A stretch of 64,000 nucleotides of DNA, from assembly GCF_004010195.1 (NCBI RefSeq), contig NC_057718.1:97925883-97989882 (forward strand). Direction: 5' to 3'. The stretch is from Chiloscyllium plagiosum. Its lineage: Eukaryota. The notes below the pieces were generated by a model. The model did not search any database, had not been told where the DNA came from, and saw only the letters and a list, made by a program, of their open reading frames with translations. Numbering within the stretch: position 1 is the stretch's first letter; each line of letters begins with the position of its first letter. A program made the translations under genes and the position numbers. Below are positions 25,580 to 38,709 of the stretch, in pieces.

Positions 25580-26035
25580 TCTGGTATGGAAGGTGCTAGC
25601 TATGAAGAAAGGTTGAGTCGGTTAAGTTTGATTTCATTAGAAAAAAGAAGATTGGGGGACCTGGTTGAGTGTTTACAAAATCGTGAAGGGTATAGACAGG
25701 GTGGATAGAGACAAGCTTTTTCCCAGGGTGAAGGATTCAATAATGAGAGGTCACGCTTTCAACGTGAGATGTGGGAGGTTTAAGGGGGATACACTGGGAA
25801 AGTACTTCACACAGAGGGTGGTGGGCATTTGGAACACGTTGCCAGCAGAGGTGGTAGAGGCAGGCACGGTAGATTCATTTAAGATGTACCTGGACAGATG
25901 CATGAACAGGTGGGGAGCAGAGGGATACAAATGCTTAGGAATTGGGCGACAGGTTTAAACATTAGATTTAGATTGGCTCAGAGTTGGCGGGCCGAAGGGC
26001 CTGTTCCTGGGCTGTAAATTTTCCTTGTTCTTTGT
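25580..26035 (+). mobile_element. CR1 3' fragment
   Basis: VYKIVKGIDRVDRDKLFP...YFTQRVVGIWNTLP. Confidence 0.85.
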
Positions 26036-26429
26036 TCATCAACTTCCTCATGCCAAACATTGACAATGGTGACAGACGTATTAATCCAGAGCAGAACAGT
26101 AATGTGTACCATGTTTGCTGCTGGGTGTGCACATTTGGTGCTCCTGTTGTTTCTGTTCTACCACCTTTCTCTGACAACTCATTATCTCTCCTGCCTCCTC
26201 CATCTCAAGTTTGAAAGACCTTGAGAACAGAGTTGGTGAGTCCCTAACAAGGAGCTGTAATTTTAAGCTGAAAGGCAGGAGGTTTAGAGGGAATTGGAGG
26301 CAAGATTGCTTTCCCCCACAGAGGCTGGTGGGTATCTTCACTGCAGTGCCTTGGAGGATGGTTGAGACAGAAAAACCTTGCAACCTTTAAAAAGGTGTGT
26401 GGGTGAGCACTTGCAATGTCAAGTGAGCG

Positions 26430-26955
26430 GGTCAGAGGCTAAAGTACTGCAGCGAGTAACTCACCTCGTCATTCCCCAAAGTCTGTTTACCATCTACAAG
26501 GCACAAGTCAGGATGCTCTCCACTTGCCTGGATGGGTGCAGCTCCAACAACACTCAAGAAGCTTGACACCAGCCAGGACAAAGCAACCCACTTCATTGCG
26601 CCACATCCACAAACAAGCACTCCCTCCACCACCGACGCTCAGTAGCAGCAGTGTGTACCATCTTCAAGATGCACTGCAGAAACTCACCAAAAATCCTTTC
26701 ATAGCACTTTCCAAACCCATGGCTGCTCCCACTAGGATGAGGGCCGCAGATGCATGGGAACACAATCACTTGCAAGTTCCCCTCCAAGCCACTCACAATC
26801 TAACCTGGAAACATATCGGTGTTCCTTCACTGCCACTGGGTCAAATCCTGAAATTCCCTTCCTCAGAGCATTGTAGATTACCGACAGCTCGCCACCACCT
26901 TCACAAGGGGCAACTAGGGACAGGCAATAAATATTGGACCCAGGCCAGTGATTTT
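26430..26955 (+). mobile_element. 3' part of the CR1/L2-group LINE seen at 62500, nested in a CR1 fragment
   Basis: LFTIYKAQVR; colinear with 63030-63600. Confidence 0.75.
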
Positions 26956-27609
26956 TAAAAAAAAATCAAGACTAAGGACCATGTGCTAGAAATTGTGATT
27001 CATATGAATTTTTGTCAGTACAGAATTGATGGGCCAAATGGCCACTTCAGTACTGTATGCTCCCAGAATTCTAAAGTGCTCAAAGTACTGTGTCAGTCAG
27101 GCAGCATGCATCGAAACCTGACCTTGCTTTGTTATTTGCAGATTTTCTGCTAATTGCAGTACTTCGTTTTAGTGCTTGTGAAATCGGATCTTGGTTTCAG
27201 TGTTCGATTTTTAACGTAAAATGTACTCCCATCTCATAATCATTACCATTTGTCATACTGATGGATGTATAATGTCACAGGGTCAGTCATCTAGCGACCC
27301 AGGCTAGTATTCAGGTCATGTGTTTGAATCCCACCTTTCAGTCTGATCATCCTTTGCGGAGTTCCAGTTTGTGTGAGGAGTGAGGCTGCCCTTAAGGCTT
27401 CGGGAGCAGTTGTGCTTATTGAGTCTATTGTCAGGCTATCTTGGGAAGTGTATTGCCCAGTCTGGAAGTGGCTTGAGTTTGCTACCTTTTGTCTTAGCCT
27501 GTTTGATCAAGGCTGAGGCACTCTGGGTAGCTTTTCTTGTGGCTTAGGCAGACATGGTTCCTTATGCTCTTTGTGGACATGCTGTGGGTGGACAGGATTA
27601 TCTCCCACA

Positions 27610-28195
27610 AAAAGATGTTTGGATAAGTACATGAATAAGAAAGGTTTGCAGGGATATGGGCCAGGAGCAGATAGGTGGGACCCGTTTGGTTTGGGATTAT
27701 AATCGGCATGGACTGATTGGACCGTAAGGTCTGTTTCCGTGCTGTATGACTCGATAACTATGTTGGGATTATTTTACGAGGAGAGATTGAGGAGACTGAG
27801 TCTGTATTCTGTGCTTTTACAAGGGTTTCAAAGGTCAAAGCATATCCTGACTGAAAGTTGCAAAATTCTTACAGGCCATGAGAGAATGGATGCAGGTGAG
27901 ATGTTTCCCAGGTCGGAGAATCAAAAATCAAGGGACGCAGTCTCCGAAAACAGGATATTCCGTGTGAGATGAGGAGGAGTTGCTTCATTCAGTTGTGAAT
28001 CTTTCCACTTCTCCACCCTGGAGGGTTGTGGAAATTCAAGCATTGAGCTTGTTTGGATGATAGATTTCTGGCAACCAACAACCCTGAAGACGATGGAGAT
28101 AGTGAGGGAGTGTGACATTGAAGTAGATGATCAGCCATGATCTGATTGATGGCAGAGCTGGTCTGATGGGCTGAATGGCCTACTTCTGTTCCTCA
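27610..28195 (+). mobile_element. Two adjacent CR1 3' fragments
   Basis: CR1 tails ending near 27755 and 28190; YEERLRRLSLYS peptide. Confidence 0.7.
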
Positions 28196-28304
28196 GTAGA
28201 CTGTGTTGTGATGACAATGTGCGCCCGCCTATAAAACTTCAAAATGGCATTGGGCCATACTCATGCAAGAGGTGCGCTTTCGTAATTCAGCATTTCAATC
28301 TTCA

Positions 28305-29066
28305 TTTTGGAAATGCAAATCAGAGCAGGACTTATACTTAGTGGTAAGGTCCTGGGGAGTATTGCTGAACAAAGACCTCTTGGAGTGCAGGTTCATAATT
28401 CCTTGCAAGTGGAGTCGTAGGCAGATAGGATAGTGAAGAAGGCACTTGGTATGCTTGCCTTTATTGGTCAGTGCATTGAGTATCAGAGTTGGGAGCTCAT
28501 GTTACAGGACATTGGTTGAGCCACTTTTGGAATAACTGTGTGCAATTCTGGTCTCCTTGGAAGGATGTTGTGAAACTTGAAAGGGTTCAGAAAAGATTTA
28601 CAAGGATATTGCCAGGATTGGAGGGTTTGAGCTATGGGGAGAGGCTGAATAGGCTGGGGCTATTTTCCCTGGAGCGTCAGAGGCTGAGGGGTGACCTTAT
28701 AGAGGTTCATAAAATCATGAGGGGCATGGATAGGTTAAATAGACATGATCTTTTCCCATGGTAAGTGGAGTCCAAATCTAGAGGGCATAGGTTTAAGGTG
28801 AGAGGGGAAGGATTTACAAGGGACCTAAGGGACAATCTTTTCATGCAGAGGGTAGTGCGTGTATGGAATGAGCTGTGAAAGGAAGTGGGGAAAGCTGGTA
28901 CAATTACAACATTTAAGTGGCATCTGGATGGGTATATGAATAGGAAGAGTTTATAAGTATTTGGGCCAAGTGCTGGTGAATGGGACTAGATTTATCTAAG
29001 TTATCTGGTCAGCATGGATGAGTTAGACTGAAGAGTCTATTTCCGTGCTGTAGAGCTCTATGACTC
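28305..29066 (+). mobile_element. CR1/HER1 LINE 3' fragment
   Basis: KDVVKLERVQKRFTRILPGLEGLSYGERLNRLGLFSLERQRLRGDLIEV; tail CTCTATGACTCTA. Confidence 0.92.
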
Positions 29067-29869
29067 TAAATCCAACGTTTTGGAGATTTTTTTGAGACAT
29101 CAAAGATTGACATCTTCGCTGATGCTGTAAACTTCAAAAAGGAACACAGATTTCTGGAATGTTGCTGGACCTGATGAGTGACTCTCTCAAGAGAGGGAAG
29201 GTTAGTGCAGGTGGATATATCATCTCTCGTGTCTCCAGTCTTGAGACCAGTTGAGGAACAGCACTGGAGGTCAATACTATCCCTTATCCACGTGTGTCCC
29301 AGGGAGACTGGAGAAATAAGATTAAGCTTCGTCCACAAGAATCATTTAAAGTTGCAGTCGTGCAGATTGAATTCAAAGTTGAAAGTAAAGATTGATTCGT
29401 CTTCAATAAGTTACCGCACAGTCTCTGTTATAGCCATCAGTATTGCCTAGTTTCCGTTGAAATGCAGTGCAGTTGTCCTTTTTTGCGAGTGATGCTATTA
29501 ACATGATGGGAAAGTACATGAATGAATTAAGCAGCTCGCCTTCCTCACTGCAGGCTGATCAGGCTGTTGCATCCCGCCTGCTGTACTTGAGCAGGATATG
29601 ACATCACATCATAGCTGCGCTATTCATTTGTTGTTGTAGACTTATCTACAATACTTTCGAAAACATCTCTGGCTGGACTTGCAAATTTAATTGCGAGTGG
29701 AAATTAATCCTCCTGTCTCTTATTGTGTACTCTAATTCAGATTGCTAAGTCATCAAAGAAGTATGGCATGCTGAAACAGACTGCACATCAAATTTTACTC
29801 ATGCATATTTTATGGAATCATTGAGCATTGGTTTGTGAAAGGACAGCATCCCTTGGCCACATAAAACTT

Positions 29870-30660
29870 GAGTATTGCTTACACAAGTCATGTTTTGCAA
29901 AAGCTTTTTGTTGTGCACTCATCAGGACAATTTGGAAGAATATCAGTGTAAAGACATGTCCATCAGGACTCTCACCAGCTTTTACAGATGCACCATAGCA
30001 AACGTCGTATCTGGATACATCACAGCATGGTATGACAACTGCTCTGCCCAGGACTGTAAGAAACTACAGAGAGTTGTGAACACAGCCCAGTCCATCACCC
30101 AAACCAACCTTCCATCCATTGACTCCATCTACAATACTCACTACCTCAGAAAGGCAGCCAACATCATTAAAGACCCCTACCACCCCGGTTAGAATCTCTT
30201 CCAACCTCTTCAGTCAGGCAGGAGATACAAAAGCTTAAACACATGAACCAACAGCTTCTTCCCCACTGAATGGACTCCTCAGTGGACCTCTCTCATCTCT
30301 AATCTAACATGGATGCTGCTTTTTGTGCACCTTCTTTGCAGCCGAAACTTTACGCACCTCCCTCTGTTCAATCACCCCATGATCTTTGTGTGGTATGATC
30401 TGCTTCTTGCAAAACAAAACTCTTTCCCATACCTAGGTACACATGACAATAATAAATCAAATTAAATAAAGGGAGACCAACATTTTAAAAACCTTTATGA
30501 GAAGAATATGCTGATTGGTTGACCATTGGTAGATGTGTCGCTATGGTGAATGCACCAGTAAAATTATGTCATTTCCCTTTACTTTGTATTCTTGCAAATT
30601 GTCCTGATGAGTGCAAGGTGGGCAACTTCAATGAAATGTGTCTTTTTATTCGGAAATACT
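29870..30660. mobile_element. Old fold-back PLE-derived element containing a nested Rex1-like fragment (29953-30467, +)
   Basis: Arms TGCACTCATCAGGACAATTTG.AAGAATA / TATTCTTGCAAATTGTCCTGATGAGTGCA; nested FYRCTIANVVSGYITAWYDNCSAQDCKKLQRVVNTAQ. Confidence 0.75.
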
Positions 30661-30704
30661 GATTATATTCTATATGTATGTATAAATGTACATAAGTAAT
30701 GGGG

Positions 30705-30898
30705 ATTGGTTCACTTCAAAGGCTGGTTTGAAAAAGAATGAGGCAACATTATGGGTTCAATCCCTGCACTGTCTGAGGATTCTCCTCCTCAACCTCTTCC
30801 CTTACCAGAGGTGTGCTGACCCCCAGGTTAAACCACTACTCGTCAACTCTCTATAATTGGAGAGCAGCCCTTTGGTAAGACAGTGATGACTTTACCTT
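30705..30898 (+). mobile_element. tRNA-derived SINE (family of 11170)
   Basis: GGGTTCAATCCC B box; CCCCAGGTTAAACCAC...GAGAGCAGCCC core. Confidence 0.65.
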
Positions 30899-31494
30899 CC
30901 CTCTCCGTATATAATGTCCACATGTGTTGAAAGTAAGAACAAGAGGATGTATCAGCCAACTTTTTTTTCTTTATATGGATCACTTTTGAGCTGCATTGTG
31001 TGGCCAGTTGACTGCACCTAAATTATAATTAATAATACTGAACTTCAAAAGCTATAGTGATCCATATGAGAATGAGGGTGGGTAATCTTTTCAGTATAAG
31101 AGAGTTGAAAATTCACCTTGAATAATTTAATTCAAACACTGAATCTTGTTATGTGGGGCAAAGTGAATAGCAATAGAAAAGTTCTGCAACAAACCTGGGA
31201 AACGTTAGCAACATGAAGTCAGTATTTTCCCCCCGAAACATGTTTGTTGTTTGATTAAACTCCAAACTTTTAGGAGCCGAGAAGATGGAGGGCCTAAAGA
31301 AAAGAGCCTATGTAAGGAAATTGGTTGTTGGCTGAAGACACTGGTACTAATATTTAGTAACAAATGTGTACCAGATGCCCTATTAACCAGATTCACTATC
31401 GACACTGGCTGCATTCATTGCCAAAGTTGCTGCCAGATGTTGTGGTAATTATGTTTGCACAGAACTGGAGCTTTTTAATGTTATGTGACTGCAA

Positions 31495-31845
31495 GCGACA
31501 CGATGGTTCAGTGGTTAGCATTGCTGCCTCACAGCGCCAGGGACCCGTGTTCGATTCCAGCCTTGGGCGACTGTGTGAAGTTTGCACATGCTCCCCGTGT
31601 CTGAGTGGGTTTCCTCCAGGTGCAGTGGTTTCCTCCCGCAGTCTAAAACTGTGCGGGTTAGATGGATTGGCCAAGTAAAATTGCCCTGGAAGTGTCCAGG
31701 GGTATGTAGGCTAGGTGGAGTAGCCATGGTAAATATATGGTTATCGGGATAGGGAAGGGGGTTGGGTTTGGGTAGGGATGCTATTCGCTGAGTTGATGTC
31801 CGAATGCCCCACTGGCCTGCCTCCACACTGGAGGGATGCTGTAAT
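31495..31845 (+). mobile_element. HE1-type V-SINE
   Basis: A/B boxes and V-domain core. Confidence 0.88.
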
Positions 31846-33500
31846 CCTTCTACGAACTGTAGATACCAGGGAACAATGGTGGCATTGCCCATATAATAAC
31901 ACACAGAGGAGACAGTTAAACTCTTGACTCCCTGAAATCACTGGACATTATGGTGTAGCAGAATTTGCTTGGAAGTGTGTGGCGTTACTGAAATGGTTCA
32001 GCCAAAACATCCAGGAGGTTCCCCTGAAATGAATTGATGCACTGTGCTCTCAGAAAGGGCCCTCAGTACCTCACCCATCATCTCTCTTTTTGCCTCCCTC
32101 CCAGAGCGGAGAGATGAGCCAGGCAGCAATGGGCAAGCTGAGGATGGTGAACACTGGCCAATGGGGCATTCGGAGGTGTAGCCATTGGCGAGAGGAGCGG
32201 TCAGAAGACTTTGTTGTGGTGATGTGACGTATCGTAGCCATCTGAGCATATACAGACACTGGCAGCCATCTTGACTTCAGCATCACACATTCTAGTTTAT
32301 TACTGGGACAATGCCACTACTTAAATCGGAGGTGCCAACAGACGTCTAGTAGAAAACATGAAAATATTCAGATGGCTTAATTTCTGAAAGGATTGAGAGT
32401 CCTGAGAACATGGCTTTTGGACGTTTTGCATAAACTCAGCTTATAATGGGATTGGTTTGGTAGATTTGCAGGCCTCATTCAACTCTTTGAAGTATAGCCC
32501 ATGGACAGTAAAAGAAAGAAATTCAGTTTCTGTATTTCTTCCTGCTGTTCGTAGAACCGGGAATGATATGTATTTGGAAGGATGTTCCTGATGACCAGGA
32601 AGTTTGGAACCAGGGGCTCACGATCTAAGGATACAGGGGAGAAATTTATTCACCCAGAGATTGGAGAGCTTGTGAAATTCTTAGCCACAGAGAGTGGTTG
32701 AGGCTAAAACATTGAATGTTTTCTGGAATGAATTAGATGTAGTTCATAAGGCTAAAGGGATCAAAGAGTATGGGGGAAAGTGGGATCAGGGTGTTGAGTT
32801 AGATGATCAGCCATGGTCCTATTGAATAGTGGAGCAGGCTCGAAGGGCTGAATGGCCTAATCTTGCCCATATTTTACATCTTGCTATACCTTGGGGCTTC
32901 TAGACAAATTATTGTACAGGGCAAGCTCCACCACAAGTATGAATATGATTATTATCAGCCCAACAGGTGGATATCAAACTCAATTTCTTCTGACAGTGCC
33001 ATTTCTTTCAGAAGACGTGGGTCTGGGTTTACCCCAGTTCATCACCTCCTGCTGATGGTCGGTGATGAAATTAGGATGAATTTGCCACCTTGTCTGAACT
33101 CGGCCAGTTTTCTCTGCCGTCTAGTTTCATTAACCCTGTAGCAGCTGAGGCACTTGTCTGCAATTGTTGGATTTTTTTTATTGACCTGCTAAATTGGCTG
33201 TACTGTTTGCTATTTCTTGTGGTCCAGGTGGGTGACATGTCATGGGCAAATCGAGTGAATGCAAGTTTCCGACATTGGAGGTGGATAGACATCATTACCT
33301 ACCCTCCTCAATCCCTGACGTACACGACTGAGTAAATCTCTGGTAAGGACAGAAGAGTTTTGGGAGTCCTCCTGGAAGATATTACACAGGGCATCACGTA
33401 AAACAGAGCTGAATGAACGGGAGAGGATTATGAGGAAAGATATCTGTGTATACACATGCACATGCAAATACGCACATATAGAGAAAGGAAGTGTACTGGT

Positions 33501-33614
33501 TGAAATAACTCCACGAAGGCCAGTATCCTGTCACCAAATCACACTTTATTTACACTTGCATAGTACGAGATGCTGACCCAACTAGGTCACAGCTGGCTCA
33601 GAACAATCACTACA
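33501..33614 (-). mobile_element. Internally deleted solo-LTR-like element
   Basis: Minus strand TGTAGTGATTG...AATAAA...TTATTTCA (TG...CA); homologous to 50992-51340; no TSD seen. Confidence 0.5.
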
Positions 33615-33959
33615 CCAATGATGGGAGGAGATGGTTAACTAGCAAGGAGTGACAGTAGTGTGATACTTTGGGAAATCAAAGAACCAAAAGTCATATTAGA
33701 GGTGCAGAGAGCATGGTTAATAGCTGGAAGAGGTGGAGGGGAGGCAGGCAGAAACATGAAAGTCTTGACAGAAGTGAGCGACTGGTCTCTCTGACATGCA
33801 GCACATGGAGCACCCCGCAGTTAGGTTCCAGTGTTACCTTATCAGCCCTGGCATTGATGACGGCCATGAATTGAGAGTAGTAAATGGAGAACAGTGAATG
33901 GGGTTCTGGAGAAAGAGTGACTAAAAATTGCTGACCCATGTGCTCAGAGAGACTGCAGT

Positions 33960-34497
33960 GTATCCATTTCTGGAGCATTGTGCACAGTTTTGGGCCCCAT
34001 ATCTCAGGAAATATGAACTGGCCCTGGAGCGGGTTCAGAGGATGTTCATAAGAATGGTCCCTGGAATGAAAAGCTTAACATATGAGGAACTTTTGAGGAC
34101 TTTGAATACTCAGTGGAGTTTAGAAGGATGAGGGGGAATCTAATTGAAACATACAGAATACTGAGTGGCTTGGGCAGAGTAGATGTTGGGAAGATGGTAG
34201 TAGACACTAACGCCTGAGGGCACAGCCTTAGAGTAAAGGGAAGACCTTTTCAAATGGAGATAAGGAGAAAGTTCTTCAACCAGAGAGTGGAATTCACAGC
34301 CACAGAAAGCTGTGAAGGCCGGGTCATTGAGTACATTTAAGACTGAGATAGATAGGTTCTTGAGTATCAAGGGGAATAAGGGTTATGGGGAGAAAGTGAG
34401 AGATTGGGGTTGAAAAACTTACCAGCCATAATTGAATAGCTGAGCAGATGGATGGGCTGAATGGCCTAATTTCTGCTCTTCTGAATTATGGTCTTAT
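33960..34497 (+). mobile_element. CR1 3' fragment
   Basis: LEHCAQFWAPYLRKYELALERVQRMFIRMVPGMKSLTYEE. Confidence 0.88.
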
Positions 34498-35034
34498 CTT
34501 GGTGAGGATGGTCTCCCTGTCTGAGGTGAATAGTTGGAGCTCAGAGGCTTATGTACAAACTTCACCATGGCAGTATTTGGTTCCAGTGGAAGCCTTGTTG
34601 ACTCATGGACTGGAGTATGTTACCTCAGTTGTGGCCATCTGGTACACGGGGGTGTATGATCGAAGGAAGAAAGGACTCCACTTTGCATTGTGCCCTTCAG
34701 CTCTCGGGCTTTGTGAGTGTGAAATGAAAATCTTTCCACATCCAATGAAGAGCTGTCACTTGTTTTGTGGTATGTGCCGAGGTGAAGCAGTGCGTGGCAA
34801 AGAGATGCATGAACAATTTTATTTTCATGGTTATTGATTGAGGAAACCGTTCTGCTGCTGCTCCACATAGTGTGCCGTGAAAAGTCCTGCATTCACGTAC
34901 AAAGACGACAGAGCCACACTTCAGGATCTTACCTGAAAAATGACCTTGCCCACAGTTCAGCTTCCTGCAGTAATATTGGACAGGGACTTGTACCCATAAT
35001 CTTGAGATTATGGGTACAAGTTTTGCAGTGCTGC

Positions 35035-35330
35035 TTCATAGAATCCCTGCAGTGTGGAAGTAGGCCATTCAGCCGGTCGAGTCCACAGCGACCCTTGGAA
35101 AAGCATCTTCCCCAGACCACACCCCCCACCCTATTCCTGTAACCCTGCATTTCCCATGGCTAATCTACCCAATATCCACGTTTCTGAACACTGTAGGAAA
35201 TGTAACATGGCCAATCCACCCTAACCTGCACATCTTTGGACTGTGGGAGGAAACCAGAGCACCTGGAAGAAACCCTTGCAGACATGGGGAGAATGTGCAA
35301 ACTCTACACGGACAGTCGCCTGAGTCTGAA
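35035..35330 (-). mobile_element. HE1-type V-SINE, 5'-truncated
   Basis: V-domain core on the minus strand. Confidence 0.85.
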
Positions 35331-35571
35331 ATGCTTGTACAGAAATGTTCAGACTTAAGGTATAAGTGCCACTCCTGAGCCAAGCTGATACTTTGAAGAT
35401 CTATAGTCAGGGCATTAATAGTCTTTGAGATAGAATTCTGTTGACTTTAAAGGAGAGTTCTGCTCATCTAAAGTTTAGCTCGAGAAAACCGATCAGTGGA
35501 GGATAGAACTGATTCCAAGCTTCATATCTTTGTGTTTATTTACTTATATATCACAAGTGTATATTTCTTAA

Positions 35572-35665
35572 TTGAGGTTGAAACTTTATTGCTGGAACAG
35601 CACAGCAGGTCAGGCAGCATCCAGGGAACAGGAGATTCGACGTTTCGGGCACAGGCCCTTCTTCT
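35572..35665 (-). mobile_element. Short PLE-derived insertion truncated inside the hammerhead core
   Basis: 12-bp TSD TATATTTCTTAA (35560-35571, 35666-35677); GAAGAA-GGGC(CUGU)GCCC-GAAA-CG-UC. Confidence 0.85.
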
Positions 35666-37490
35666 TATATTTCTTAACCCAACACCCACACCATTTTGCC
35701 TGTTTGTAGGAAAATTAAGTAAAGGTGAGGCTAATGCTCTTCACCTGTGTATAATTTGTTACCACTTGTGTACAAAACATATGCGCATTGCTCTGATCTC
35801 ATACAACTGGGAGATACCAGCCACGAGGAGATGTCAGTTATTAGCTTATCACCACAAGCAAGCAAAGCCATTATGTAGCCTTGGCACTTTCTCACAATAC
35901 TCTGTGTAAAAAGCAGGATCACCATGGTGACCCAGAGTTACTCTGTGTACGCACATTCCACGGACGCATATTTTCGCTGATGCCTCCAACCCTGGCAAGG
36001 TCCTCGTAAATCTTTCTTGAGCCCTTTCAAGTTGCACAACCTCCTTCCGATGGGTGAATGCTGCATTCCGTCCCCCTGAGCAGCAATGGCTATTCAACAT
36101 TGAAGAAAGCACAGATAGCAACCAGTCTTGGTGGTGTACGTGAGAAAGGGGATCTTACAGTTTGAAAGGGTTTGTTCTCTCCAACCCCTCGAAAGTTTAG
36201 GTAGGCTGAGGATATCAGTTGTAAATTACAGATGGAATGCCTGTGCTCATCACACAGTGATATGTAACAATCTGAGATGAATGGTCTTGATGGAATTCAG
36301 GAGTCACAGTTAATATGGAACATATTGAAAGCCGTACATCTTTCGGCCATTGACCCCAATGGATTTCAACCGTGATACTTGTCCAGATGTGCCGTGAAGG
36401 TTTGAAAAGGTTTGAAAACTGTTTCTTTCGGAAACAACTTATAGCAAAGTTAAACTAAAACGCGTCAAAATTAGTCATCAAATTCGAAGTGAGGTACTGG
36501 TCTCTCGATTTGGAAATGTGGAAATGTTGTAATCGCTGGGGGGAAGCGGGTAGGGCAGAATTGAGATCCCATGGTAGTTTAAATGAGTGACCAAACAATG
36601 GCATTTCCACTCTTGTTGAAATGAGATGAAACAAGCTAACGACCAGAGAGAACACGCAGTGGAGTGAGATTTGCGATCGCCCTCGCATCTTCAGTTCAAA
36701 AGCCTCTGTTCACAGTGCAGACCCAGGTTTCTAGCAAGCCCAGGCATCTGCAATTTATTCCGTCTTTTGCTCTGATTCACTGAATTTCAATGATGTATCA
36801 ATTCAATCCAGTGTGTGGAACAGATTTAAGGCTGTTAATGGTTAGGAATAGTTGAGTTGAGGAGAGCAAAGTTTGAAAACGTGCTGCTATTAAATTGTAA
36901 AACATTCACACATTTGGTCCTCCTTTAGCTTGTTGTGCCCACTATGTTACAAAGCCCTGTGGTAAGATAGCAGCCATATAGTCAATTCAGCTGAAAAAAC
37001 TAGATGCGCCATGGAATTGTTCGGTCCCATTGAAGCGTTCAAAGGCCAAAAGCTTGTGATTTTAAATAAACCTGTTGAATTGTGTAACCTGTTGCAACGT
37101 CTGACTTTGTCCACCCCAGTCCAACTCCAGCACCTCCACGTTATTGAATTGTATCATGTTACTGATCTACCTCATAAGTGATGGACTTAACACAGAGGCT
37201 TCCTTACATGTGTACACACAACACTCTCAAACTTACACTCTCTCACTCCCACACACACTCGGGGGCCCTTTTTCATTTCTCGTCATTGCTTCATCAGGGC
37301 ATGTAGTCACCTGGTAATATTCAGTATTTCTGTTGACATACGAGGGCTTGTGAAGAAGCAGAGTTAGATGAATTCCGTGTTATACTCAGTAATCATCGTC
37401 GGTCTATTAAACAAAGGTTCAAAACACAAGGAGCTGAAAATGTGTTGCTGGAAAAGCGCAGCAGGTCAGGCAGCATCCAAGGAGCAGGAG

Positions 37491-37526
37491 AATCGACATT
37501 TCGGGCATGAGCCCTTCTTCAGGAAT
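37491..37526 (-). ncRNA. Minimal hammerhead motif (left arm)
   Basis: AUUC-CUGAAGA-A-GGGC(UCAU)GCCC-GAAA-UG-UC-GAUU. Confidence 0.65.
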
Positions 37527-37861
37527 GAGGAACGTGTGCCCAGCAGGCTAAGATAAAAGGTAGGGAGGAGGACTTGGGAGAGGGGCGTTGGAAATGCGAT
37601 ACGTGGAAGGAGGTTAAGGTGAGGATGATAGGCCAGAGTGGGGGTGGGGGCGGAGAGGTCAGGAAGAAGATTGCAGGTTAGGAAGGTGAACTCAGCACCA
37701 CCTTCCTAACCTGCAATCTTCTTCCTGACCTCTCCGCCCCCACCCCCACTCCGGCCTATCAACCTCATCTTAACCTCCTTCCACCTATCGCATTTCCAAC
37801 ACCCCTCCCCCAAGTCCCTCCTCCCTACCTTTTATCTTAGCCTGCTGGGCACACTTTCCTT

Positions 37862-37897
37862 ATTCCTGAAGAAGGGCTCATGCCCGAAACATCGATT
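37862..37897 (+). ncRNA. Minimal hammerhead motif (right arm)
   Basis: AUUC-CUGAAGA-A-GGGC(UCAU)GCCC-GAAA-CA-UC-GAUU. Confidence 0.65.
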
Positions 37898-38709
37898 CTC
37901 CTGCTCCTTGGATGCTGCCTGACCTGCTGCGCTTTTCCAGCAACACATTTTCAGCTCTGATCTCCAGCATCTGCAGTCCTCACTTTCTCCTTCAAAACAC
38001 AAGGAGAGCATTAACTTCCTGGGATCTACTGCATTGAAATCGACACTCGACAACGGGCAGAAGTTAGAAGCAAAAGGTTTTCTTTCAAAAAAAGTAACTG
38101 GCACACATTACCAAACTCAAAATCTCCTCACTATAGATTGGTTAGGCCTTAGATAAATTGTTACACGTTTGTTTCCAAGAGGTGCATGTGTCTCCAGTAG
38201 TTAAGTGAAATAGATTGAGTAGTGAGAACACATAAATGCAAATATTGATGAAACTAAATTGCTCAGTATTAAATTTTCCATATGATTACCATATTCATCC
38301 CCTAAGCATCCACAGCAACTCCCCCCCCCCCCCCCCCCCCACACATACAGTAGATCCTGGGCTGCACAGCAGCCTTAAGCTAGAAACTCCACACTCACTT
38401 GCAAGGAATTAATTGCTATAAACAACTTCACGTCGTCTTGGTTCCCAGTTAGCTGAGTACTCCTTCCATGAAAGAAATTAAAAGAGGTGTCTCCCCTTTG
38501 CAGCCTCACTCTCCAGTCATCTTCTAATCCCTGGCTCTCGGATTTATCAACCTTGCTTCCCGTCCCCAGCTTTATGTCCTTCAGCATCAAGAGTCTCGCA
38601 AGCTGGCGCCATTCATTTTACTCTGCTCCAGTCCAACCACAGACTGGTCCTTCCATGCATTTCCTACTTTATCTTCCTCAGGATTACTCATGAAACCTTC
38701 AAGGAAGCT

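Larger units (their letters stand above)
37434..37990. mobile_element. Large fold-back PLE-derived element (inverted pLTR pair)
   Basis: About 258-bp arms (37431-37688, 37699-37957), 10-nt spacer, 33-nt extension, 16-bp TSD TTCAAAACACAAGGAG (37418-37433, 37991-38006). Confidence 0.93.

Noticed and set aside
29168..29200. CTGATGA followed by a small stem (CTCTC/GAGAG) as a possible hammerhead
   Set aside because: No GAAA box or UH cleavage site follows
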